From an uncultured Rhodospirillales bacterium (GTDB lineage Bacteria > Pseudomonadota > Alphaproteobacteria > Acetobacterales > Acetobacteraceae): a DNA stretch of 64,000 nt. How positions within the stretch are numbered: position 1 is the first letter of the stretch; every line of letters begins with the position of its first letter. Made by a program: the position numbers and the translations under genes. Of this stretch, positions 28,724 to 36,649 are shown one piece after another. The stretch is from contig CAIMWH010000063.1 in NCBI GenBank assembly GCA_903845065.1, positions 40,003 to 104,002 on the forward strand. The letters are read 5' to 3'. Below the pieces are notes generated by a model. It was not told where the DNA came from. It searched no databases and saw nothing but the letters and a program-made list of their open reading frames with translations.

Positions 28724-29481
28724 ATGGACCTTTTCCTCGCCGGCAAGCACGCCCTTATCACCGGCGGTTCGAAAGGCATCGGCCGCGCCACCGCCGAACT
28801 CCTGGCCGAGGAAGGTGTTGACGTCACCCTCGTCGCGCGCGATCCCGCCGCCCTCGCCGAGGCCGCCCAGGCCGTCCGCGCCCGCCGCCAGGTCAAGGTG
28901 GTCACCATCGCCGCCGACCTCTCCCGCGAGGACGAAGTGCTGCGCGTGGCCGCCGAGGCCGGCCCGGTCGATATCCTGGTCAACAATGCCGGAGCCATCC
29001 CGCCGGGCAGCCTCGCCAGCGTGGACAACGAAACCTGGCGCAAAGCGTGGGACCTCAAGGTCTTCGGCTTCATCTCGCTCTGCCGCGCCATCTACCCCGC
29101 CATGGCCGCCCGGCATGACGGCGTGATCATCAACGTCATCGGCGCCGCTGGCGAAAGCTTCCCCGCCAACTACATCGCCGGCGCCACCGGCAACGCCGGC
29201 CTGATGGCCTTCACCCGCGCGCTCGGCAAGGCCAGCCCCGCCGACGGCATCCGCGTCGTCGGCATCAACCCGGGCGCCACCGCCACCCAACGCATGGAAA
29301 TGCTGCTCCGCCGCCGCGCCCAGGACGAACTCGGCATGCCGAACGCTGGCTCGATCTCTGCCGCGGCATGTCCTTCGGCCGGCCCGGCAAGCCCGAGGAA
29401 ATCGCCGCCGCGGTGGCCTTCCTCGCCAGCCCGCGTTCCGGCTACACCACCGGCACCATCCTCACCATCGCCGGCGGCTGA
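28724..29481 (+). pseudogene. SDR-family oxidoreductase interrupted by a 1-nt deletion (or sequencing error)
   Basis: The frame from ATG 28724 gives TGGSKGIG, NNAG and a YxxxK-type region, then turns into P/S/A-rich nonsense after ...RRRAQDELG (about 29335). The -1 frame from 29338 reads (A)ERWLDLCRGMSFGRPGKPEEIAAAVAFLASPRSGYTTGTILTIAGG*, the canonical SDR C-terminus, and ends at TGA 29479-29481. Total length is 758 nt, which is not a multiple of 3. Restoring one G (GGC GAT GCC) gives ELGDAERW. Confidence 0.75.
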
Positions 29482-29510
29482 AGCCGGCACAAAGCGACAA
29501 GGACCCTTCC

Positions 29511-29834
29511 ATGGCCTTCTTCGAACTCCGCCAATACACCACCTTCCCCGGCAAGATGGCCGAGTTCATCCGCCTGATGGAGGAGGAGATCATCCCCTTC
29601 CAGGTCGCCAAGGGCATGGTCATCACCGGCATGTTCCACGGCGAAACCGACGAAACCGCCTTTGTCTGGCTCCGCCGCTTCGAGAGCGAGGAACAGCGCG
29701 TCGCCCTCTACAAGGCCGTCTACGAGACCGACTTCTGGAAGAACGACATCTCCCCCAAGGTCTCCGCCCTGCTCGATCGCAAGGCCATCGTCGTCACCCG
29801 CATCGTGCCCACCGCGAAATCCACCATGCAGTAG
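29511..29834 (+). CDS. NIPSNAP family protein
   Basis: 107 aa. MAFFELRQYTTFPGKMAEFIRLMEEEIIPF... is the typical NIPSNAP opening. Confidence 0.8.
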   Translation: MAFFELRQYTTFPGKMAEFIRLMEEEIIPFQVAKGMVITGMFHGETDETAFVWLRRFESEEQRVALYKAVYETDFWKNDISPKVSALLDRKAIVVTRIVPTAKSTMQ

Positions 29835-29843
29835 GAGGCCCCC

Positions 29844-30731
29844 ATGCGTTTCGGCATGAGCGGCTGCTTCCTGCCGGAAGACATGAATGACATCACGGCG
29901 CTCACCTGCAAGCGGGTGCGCCGCGCCGGCTTCAGTGGCATCGCCACCCGCTTTCGCGCCAATCACCCGCAGACCACCACGCGCACCGGCGCGCGCCACC
30001 TGAAAGCCCTGCTGGACGGGGAGGGCATCCGCCACTTCCAGGCCACCGGCTACGAGCAGAACCTGATCGCCCCCGACTCATCCGAACGCCGGAACGCGGT
30101 GCGGATCGTCCAGCACGCCATCCGCCTCGCCGGCTGGATGGGCGCCCGCGCCGTCGCCACCGGCCCCGGTTCGATGAACGAGGAGGGCCCCTGGTTCCCC
30201 CACCGCGACAACCACTCCGAGGAAGCCCGCGAACGCCTGGTACTCACGCTGCGCGAATGCGCCAAGGCCGCCGAGGACGCCGGCATCATCCTTGCCCTCG
30301 AATGCCACCAGCTCGTCACCCTGCGCACCCCCGAAATCGCCCGCGCGGTGGTCGAGGCCGTCGCCTCCCCCGTCGTGCGGATCGCCTACGACACCGCGAA
30401 CTGGATCGACCTGTCCTCCATCTACGACACCGCCGCCGCCATCAACGCCCACGCCGATACCCTGGGTGACCTCATCGCCAGCGCCATCGCCAAAGACGTC
30501 TGGCTCGAAAATGCCCTCACGCTGCACGTGCAGGACGGCTACCCCGGCTTCGGCGAGGTTGACTTCGCTGCCCTGTTCCGCCGCATCGAGGCCCTCTCGC
30601 CGGACTACCCCATCATCGCCGGCGGCACGCAGACCCGCGAACTCCCCATCGTCAGCCGCCTGTTCCACAAGCTCGCCAAGGACCTCGGCATCCGCATCCT
30701 CGATAGCCACGAGGAACCCGTCGCCGCATGA
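29844..30731 (+). CDS. sugar phosphate isomerase/epimerase (xylose-isomerase-like TIM barrel)
   Basis: AGGAGG lies 6 nt upstream of the ATG. The product is 295 aa with ILALECH and an AYDTANW-type metal-site context. Confidence 0.8.
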   Translation: MRFGMSGCFLPEDMNDITALTCKRVRRAGFSGIATRFRANHPQTTTRTGARHLKALLDGEGIRHFQATGYEQNLIAPDSSERRNAVRIVQHAIRLAGWMGARAVATGPGSMNEEGPWFPHRDNHSEEARERLVLTLRECAKAAEDAGIILALECHQLVTLRTPEIARAVVEAVASPVVRIAYDTANWIDLSSIYDTAAAINAHADTLGDLIASAIAKDVWLENALTLHVQDGYPGFGEVDFAALFRRIEALSPDYPIIAGGTQTRELPIVSRLFHKLAKDLGIRILDSHEEPVAA

Positions 30732-30759
30732 ACCCTCCTCCAGCGACGCCGCCTGCCGG

Positions 30760-31740
30760 GTGACCATCGCACCCGCGAACAACTTCAACACCCTGCGCCT
30801 GCTCGCCGCCCTCGCCGTGGTGGCGTCGCACAGCGTGCCGATCACCACCGGCTCGGACCGCGCCGAACTCATCTTCCGCCTCAGCGACGGCCAGGCCACC
30901 GGAGGGAAAATTGCCGTCGGCATCTTCTTCGTCATCAGCGGCTACCTCATCACCGGCAGCTACGCCCGCACCAACAGCCCGCTCGCCTTCACCGCCGCCC
31001 GCGCCCTGCGCCTGCTGCCTGGCCTCGCCGTGGTCCTCGCCGCCATGGCCTTCGCCATCGGCCCCGCCATCTCCAGCCTGCCCGTCCGCGCCTACTTCGC
31101 CGCCCCCGAACCCTGGTGGATGCTCCCGGCCAACCTCTCGCTCCTCGCCAACCCCGACGCGTTACCCGGCGTGTTCCAGACCACCCCGATCGCCGGCCCG
31201 GTCAATGGCTCGCTCTGGACTCTGCAATACGAGGCGCGCTGCTACCTCGCGGTCCTGCTGCTCGGCCTCTGCCGCCTGCTCAACCGATACATCGCGCTGG
31301 CCGCCCTCATCGCCTGCTGCATCGCCCAGAAGCGGTGGATCGGCGGCGAGACCATGGATTTCTATGCCGCATTCGCCGCCGGCGCCGCACTGTATCTCTG
31401 GCGCCCGCCACTCAACCTGTGGCTCGCCGCCGCCTGCGCCGCGCTCTGCCTCGCCGCCCTGTTCCTCGGCGGCTTCCGCATCGCCGCCGCCACCCTCGGC
31501 GCCTACACCATCATCGCCGGCGCCCACGCCCCCCGCCTGCCCGACCTCGCCCGTTACGGGGACCTGTCATACGGCACCTACCTCTGGGCCTTCCCGCTCC
31601 AGCAACTCGCGGTCAGCGCCCTCGGCGGCCCCTGGTGGCTGAACCTCGCCGCCAGCCTGCCACCCATACTCGCGCTGGCCTGGCTCTCCTGGCACCTTGT
31701 CGAGGCCCCAGCCCTTCGCCTCAAGCCACGCCGAACCTAG
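30760..31740 (+). CDS. acyltransferase family 3 (OafA-like) membrane protein
   Basis: C-terminal part of ORF 30292..31740. I chose the GTG at 30760 because the earlier part overlaps the isomerase gene. It opens NNFNTLRLLAALAVVASHS and has about 10 TM segments. Confidence 0.75.
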   Translation: MTIAPANNFNTLRLLAALAVVASHSVPITTGSDRAELIFRLSDGQATGGKIAVGIFFVISGYLITGSYARTNSPLAFTAARALRLLPGLAVVLAAMAFAIGPAISSLPVRAYFAAPEPWWMLPANLSLLANPDALPGVFQTTPIAGPVNGSLWTLQYEARCYLAVLLLGLCRLLNRYIALAALIACCIAQKRWIGGETMDFYAAFAAGAALYLWRPPLNLWLAAACAALCLAALFLGGFRIAAATLGAYTIIAGAHAPRLPDLARYGDLSYGTYLWAFPLQQLAVSALGGPWWLNLAASLPPILALAWLSWHLVEAPALRLKPRRT

Positions 31741-33284
31741 ATATCCGAATCCGGGCTCGCCGCCTTGCCCCGCGCCATGTAGTCGATCAGCGCCTCATCC
31801 ACCCCGGGATCGATCGCCGGCGCCTGATACTCCGCCAGCGTCCGCTTCCAGATCGCATTGGCGCGCACCACCGCATCCTGCGCCCCCTCCGCCTCCCACT
31901 GCTCCACGCTGTTGTTGTCAGCCACCGTGGAGCGGAAAAACGCCGTCTCGAAATTGGCCTGCGTATGCGCGCAGCCCAGGAAATGGCTCCCCGGACCCAC
32001 CTCGCGAATGGCATCCATCGCCTGCCCGTTCTCCGACACATCCACCCCATTGGCGAACGCGTGCCACATCCCGGCCTGGTCGCAATCCATCACGAACTTC
32101 TCGTAGCTCAGCGCCAGCCCGCCTTCGAGCCACCCCGCCGCATGCAGCACGAAGTTCACGCCCCCCATCATGGTCGCGTTCATGGTGTTGGCCGACTCAT
32201 ACGCCGCCTGCGCATCCGGCACCTTGGACGCGCACAACCCGCCGCCCGACCGGAACGGCACCCCCAGCCGCCGGGCCAGCGCCGCCATCACGTACAGCAC
32301 CAGCGAAGGCTCCGGCGTGCCAAACGTCGGCGCGCCCGACTGCATCGAGATCGACGAGGCAAAACTTCCCAAAATCACCGGCGCCCCCGGATTGACCAGC
32401 TGCGCAAACGCCATCCCCGACAACGCCTCGGCCAGCGTCACCGTACACGTCCCCACCACCGTCACCGGAGACATCGCGCCGGCGAGGATGAACGGCGTAG
32501 TCAAATTGGCCTGGTTGTTGCGCGCATAAACCTTCAGCGCCCCCAACATGGTGGCATCCCAGGTTAACGGCGAATTGGCGTTGATGAGGCTGGTCATCAC
32601 CGTCTTCGGCCGCCCGGTATCCGCGTCCATCCAGTCATCGCCAAACAGGATGCGGGACATGTTGACGCTGTCCTCCGCCCGCTCCGGCGCCGTCACCGAG
32701 CCCATGTACGGCTTGTCGCTCCACCGCATATGGGCATACAGCATGTCGTAGTGCCGCTTGTTGACCGGCAGATCCACCGGCTCACAAATCGTCCCGCCGG
32801 AATGGTGCAGGAACGGCGAGGCATAGGTCAGCTTCACGAAATTGCGGAAATCCTCGATCGTCCCGTAGCGCCGCCCACCATCGAGATCGCGCACGAACGG
32901 CGAGCCATAGTTCGGCGCGAACACCGTGTTCGCCCCGCCCATCACCACCGAACGCGCCGGATTGCGGCCATGCTGCACATAGGTTCGCGGCGCGTGCTTA
33001 TGCACCAACCCGCGGCACAGCCCGCGCGGGAAATGCACCCGCTCACCCCGCACATCCGCCCCGGCCCCGCGCCACAATTCCAGCGCCTCCGGATCGCCCT
33101 TGAAGTCGATCCCGACCTCCTCCAGCACCGTCTCGGCGTTGTTTTCGATCAGCGCCAGCCCCTCCTCGCTCAGCGCCTCGTACGGCAGCAGCTTGCGGGT
33201 GATGAAGGGCACGCTGTCGATCGCATGCGCCATGCGGGCAGCCCGCTTGGCACCGCGGCCGGAACGACGGGGAGCATCGGACAT
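31737..33284 (-). CDS. trimethylamine methyltransferase (MttB) superfamily protein, non-pyrrolysine type (quaternary-amine methyltransferase candidate)
   Basis: Uninterrupted 515-aa ORF with no in-frame TAG. The family-typical N-terminus is LSEEGLALIENNAETVLEEVGI, and the body is long and conserved. The start shares one base with the upstream stop (TGATG). Confidence 0.85.
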   Translation of the reverse strand: MSDAPRRSGRGAKRAARMAHAIDSVPFITRKLLPYEALSEEGLALIENNAETVLEEVGIDFKGDPEALELWRGAGADVRGERVHFPRGLCRGLVHKHAPRTYVQHGRNPARSVVMGGANTVFAPNYGSPFVRDLDGGRRYGTIEDFRNFVKLTYASPFLHHSGGTICEPVDLPVNKRHYDMLYAHMRWSDKPYMGSVTAPERAEDSVNMSRILFGDDWMDADTGRPKTVMTSLINANSPLTWDATMLGALKVYARNNQANLTTPFILAGAMSPVTVVGTCTVTLAEALSGMAFAQLVNPGAPVILGSFASSISMQSGAPTFGTPEPSLVLYVMAALARRLGVPFRSGGGLCASKVPDAQAAYESANTMNATMMGGVNFVLHAAGWLEGGLALSYEKFVMDCDQAGMWHAFANGVDVSENGQAMDAIREVGPGSHFLGCAHTQANFETAFFRSTVADNNSVEQWEAEGAQDAVVRANAIWKRTLAEYQAPAIDPGVDEALIDYMARGKAASPDSDI

Positions 33285-35746
33285 CAGGCGGTCTCCACTG
33301 GGGGGGACTCATGAAGCAAAGCGAAATCGCCGCTCGCCATCTGGCGCAGCACGGCGGCAATGGCGGCAAACGAACGCGCGGCTACCCGGCTTTCGTGCCG
33401 CGCCCGCAGATAGCCATGCACCAGGCCAGGCTCATTGCGAAACAACGTCGGCACGCCCGAGGCCGCCAGCAGCGCCGCGTAATCCTCGCCATCCTGCCGC
33501 AGCGGATCGATCCCCGCCGACACGATGGCGGCCGGCGCCACGCCCGACACATCGCGCGCGCATAATGGCGCAAACTCCGGATCATCCTTCGGAATCCGGT
33601 GCTCGCCCCCGGCATACAGCGCCCGATAGCCGCCCGAATGCCGCACCGGCAGCAGCGGCGCATCGAGATTGCGCTCGCCGTTGCGGAACGGATCGCCGCC
33701 GAGGCCCGGATAAATCATCACCTGCCCCACCGGCTGCGCATCGCCCAACCGCTTGAGCCGCAAGCACAACGCGGCGGTCAAATTCCCCCCCGCGCTATCC
33801 CCGCCCACAATCACCCGCCGCCCGCGCGCCAGCAGATACCGATACGCCGCCTCGGTATCATCGAGCGCCGCCGGGTAGGCATGCTCGGGCGACAGCCGGT
33901 AATCGAGCGAAACCACCTCGATCCCCGCATCGCGCGCCAGTTCCGCACACACGTCGTCATGCGATTCCAACCCGCCCACCACATACCCGCCGCCATGTAG
34001 ATACAGCAGCGTCACATCGCTCTTCACGCCCTGCATCGCATAATGCCGCACCGGCATGCCGCGCTCCGGCCCACGCGCCGCGATACTGAAATCGGTGGCG
34101 ACAATCCCCTCCGGCCGCGGCGCGCGAAACGCATCGCACATCCGGTTGTAGATCGCCCGGTTCTCCGCCGGCCCCGCCGCATTGGTGGTGTCCGGATAGA
34201 ACGACTCCGTCCGCGCGATGAACGCCGTCACCTCCGCATCCAGCATCCGCGCTAGCACCGGGCTCGCCACCCCGCGCGGCTTGGCCACGCCGATCGCCCG
34301 CCCCGCCGCCTCCGGCCGCGCCAGTTTCGCCTGCGCATCGCGGATTGCCCGGAACCTGGCGGCAATCTCGGCCGGCGCCGCGCAAGCCCGCCCGGCCGCC
34401 ATGTCCACATGCAGCAGCATATGCTCGCCCGAGGCCAGCAGCGCATCCGTCTTGCCGTGGCGAATTTCGTGGAACAACCGCACCCGCTTGTCGTCCGCAT
34501 CCAGCACCAGCGTGGTGGTGTAGTACGGATCGAGCCCAGGGATTTCCTTGCGATGCACGATATGGGTCTCGGCGGTAAAGTAGCTGTGCCCCGCCGCCAC
34601 GTAATCGAGGTCCACCCCCACCAGCTTCAGCAGCGCATCCGTCGCATTGGTGCACACCTGGAGGTAGCGGCTCTCCGTCATGTGCTTGTTGTAGTCCACC
34701 CAATCCGGCCCCACGATGCCATGGTGCAGCCGCAACGGCTGCGACAAGTCATCCGGCAGCGCCGCCTTGGCATGCCCGCTTGCATACAGCCGCGCCTCAT
34801 ACGCCGCCAGCACCGCCCCGGCGCCATAATCCTGCGTCTTCAGCGCCTGCATCACCGCCACCAGGCAGTCATCCCGCTTGCGCTCCAGCGCGCGATGATC
34901 GAGCCCGCCGGCCTGCGCGTCCGACTGCGCGGTCACCTCTTCGATCAGCGCCTCGGTCAACTCCGGCACATCCATCAACTTGGTCCACGGCAACTGCAAC
35001 GCCGGGCCGAACTGCGCCATGAAATGCCGCATCCCCGCCTCGCCGCCTGCCAGCCGGTAGATCAGGAACGTCCCCATGAAGGACCAGCGCAGCCCCGCGC
35101 CATAACGAATAGCGTCATCGATCTCCTCGGTCGTCGCCACCCCATCATTGACCAGCCACAACGCCTCGCGCCACAGCGCCTCCAGCAGCCGATCGGCGAT
35201 GAACCCGTCGATCTCCTTGCGCACATGCAGCGGCTTCATGCCGATGGACGCATAGAATTCCCGTGCCCGCGCAATCGTCTCGGGCGCCGTCTGCCCCCCC
35301 CCGCACACCTCCACCAGCGGCAGCAGATACACCGGATTGAATGGATGCCCCACGGTGAACCGGCCCGGATACCGCATCCCCGCCTGCAACTCGGTCGGCA
35401 ACAGGCCGGAGGTGGAGGAGCATATCAACGCATCCGGCCGCGCATGCGCGTCGATCTCGTTGAGAATCCGCTGCTTCAAATCCACCCGCTCGGGGGCGGA
35501 CTCCTGGATGAACTCCGCCTCCCGCACCGCCTCGGCGATACTCCCGGCAAACCGCAGCGAACCGCGATTCCCCGTCGGCGCCAGCGTCAGCCGCGCATAG
35601 GCCCGCTCGGCATTGGCGATCACCTCGCCCAGCGCCCGCTCGGCCTCCGGCGCCGGATCGAACACCACCACGTCATGCCCGTTGATCACCAGCCGCGCCG
35701 CCCAGCCGCCGCCGATCACCCCGCCGCCGATAACCGCGCAGATCAT
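33284..35746 (-). CDS. lcdH: tri-domain fusion: L-carnitine 3-dehydrogenase + hotdog-type thioesterase + alpha/beta-hydrolase fold-3 esterase
   Basis: 820 aa. aa 1-~320: GGGVIGGGWA Rossmann motif, GHPFNPVYLLPLVEV, DRLLEALWREALWLV and AGGEAGMRHFMAQFGP, as in carnitine dehydrogenases. aa ~335-478: hotdog-like (VDYNKHMTESRYLQ...). aa ~501-805: starts MLDAEVTAFIA and has HGGG (584-587), GDSAGG (649-654), DPLRQD and HGY. Confidence 0.85.
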   Translation of the reverse strand: MICAVIGGGVIGGGWAARLVINGHDVVVFDPAPEAERALGEVIANAERAYARLTLAPTGNRGSLRFAGSIAEAVREAEFIQESAPERVDLKQRILNEIDAHARPDALICSSTSGLLPTELQAGMRYPGRFTVGHPFNPVYLLPLVEVCGGGQTAPETIARAREFYASIGMKPLHVRKEIDGFIADRLLEALWREALWLVNDGVATTEEIDDAIRYGAGLRWSFMGTFLIYRLAGGEAGMRHFMAQFGPALQLPWTKLMDVPELTEALIEEVTAQSDAQAGGLDHRALERKRDDCLVAVMQALKTQDYGAGAVLAAYEARLYASGHAKAALPDDLSQPLRLHHGIVGPDWVDYNKHMTESRYLQVCTNATDALLKLVGVDLDYVAAGHSYFTAETHIVHRKEIPGLDPYYTTTLVLDADDKRVRLFHEIRHGKTDALLASGEHMLLHVDMAAGRACAAPAEIAARFRAIRDAQAKLARPEAAGRAIGVAKPRGVASPVLARMLDAEVTAFIARTESFYPDTTNAAGPAENRAIYNRMCDAFRAPRPEGIVATDFSIAARGPERGMPVRHYAMQGVKSDVTLLYLHGGGYVVGGLESHDDVCAELARDAGIEVVSLDYRLSPEHAYPAALDDTEAAYRYLLARGRRVIVGGDSAGGNLTAALCLRLKRLGDAQPVGQVMIYPGLGGDPFRNGERNLDAPLLPVRHSGGYRALYAGGEHRIPKDDPEFAPLCARDVSGVAPAAIVSAGIDPLRQDGEDYAALLAASGVPTLFRNEPGLVHGYLRARHESRVAARSFAAIAAVLRQMASGDFALLHESPPVETA

Positions 35747-36636
35747 GCCGCACCGCGCAGCTTGAGCTTGCGCCGCACATCCGCCGGGCTCATCACCCGC
35801 ACATTCATCCCCTCCAGGATGGTCACCGCCCGCTCCACCAGCGTCCCGTTGGTCGCCTTCTGCCCGCGCGACAGCCAGATATTGTCCTCCAGCCCCACCC
35901 GCACATTGCCCCCCGCCAGCGCCGCCATCGCCACATACGGCAACTGGTTGCGCCCGATCGAGAACGCCGAGAACACCGCCCCCGGCGGCAGGTTATGCAC
36001 CAGCGACAGCAGCGTCAGCGGATCATCCGGCGCCCCGTATGGAATCCCCATGCACAACTGGATCATCACGGGATCATCGATCAACCCCTCTGACACCAGT
36101 TGCTTCGCCAGCACCAGGTGCCCGGCATCGAACACCTCGATTTCCGGACGAACCCCCAGCGCCTGCACCCGCCTCGCCATCGCCCGCAGCATCCCGGGCG
36201 TGTTGGTCATCACATAGTCGCCCTCGGCGAAATTCATCGACCCGCAATCGAGCGTGCAGATCTCCGGCAGCAGGTCGGTGACATGCACCACCCGCTCCTC
36301 GGCACCCGCCATGTCAGTGAACCGCATATCGAGCGGCAACGGCGTGTCCGCCCCGCCCAGCACCAGGTCCCCGCCCATCCCGGCGGTCAGGTTGATCACC
36401 ACATCGGTATCGGATGCCCGTATCCGCTCCACCACCTCGCGATACAGCGCCGGATCGCGGGATGCCGCACCCGTCTCGGGATTGCGCACATGAATATGCG
36501 CCACCGCCGCCCCCGCCTTGGCCGCCTCGATCGCCGAAGCCGCGATCTGCGCCGGCGTGATCGGCACATGCTCCGATTTGTCGGTGGTAGCGCCGGCGCC
36601 GGTGATGGCGGCAGTGATGAAAACGTCCCAGTTCAT
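35743..36636 (-). CDS. BKACE-family (3-keto-5-aminohexanoate cleavage enzyme-like, DUF849) protein; dehydrocarnitine cleavage candidate
   Basis: ATG 36636 (MNWDVFITAAITGAG...). Motifs: HIHVRNPETG and VGLEDN. Its stop overlaps the lcdH start as ATGA. Confidence 0.85.
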   Translation of the reverse strand: MNWDVFITAAITGAGATTDKSEHVPITPAQIAASAIEAAKAGAAVAHIHVRNPETGAASRDPALYREVVERIRASDTDVVINLTAGMGGDLVLGGADTPLPLDMRFTDMAGAEERVVHVTDLLPEICTLDCGSMNFAEGDYVMTNTPGMLRAMARRVQALGVRPEIEVFDAGHLVLAKQLVSEGLIDDPVMIQLCMGIPYGAPDDPLTLLSLVHNLPPGAVFSAFSIGRNQLPYVAMAALAGGNVRVGLEDNIWLSRGQKATNGTLVERAVTILEGMNVRVMSPADVRRKLKLRGAA

Positions 36637-36649
36637 GATCTTGTCCGTT

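Noticed and set aside
27860-29290. 476-aa minus-strand ORF
   Set aside because: It is antisense to the C26 hydrolase and SDR genes and has G/A/D-rich shadow composition.
28724-29890. 388-aa ORF taken at face value as one protein
   Set aside because: After residue ~204 it becomes P/S/A/R-rich nonsense and overlaps the NIPSNAP gene out of frame. It is better explained as a frameshifted 252-aa SDR ending at 29481.
31737-33284. Pyrrolysine-encoding mttB
   Set aside because: The ORF is uninterrupted with no in-frame TAG, and no pyl genes are in the window. It is therefore a non-Pyl MttB-superfamily member.
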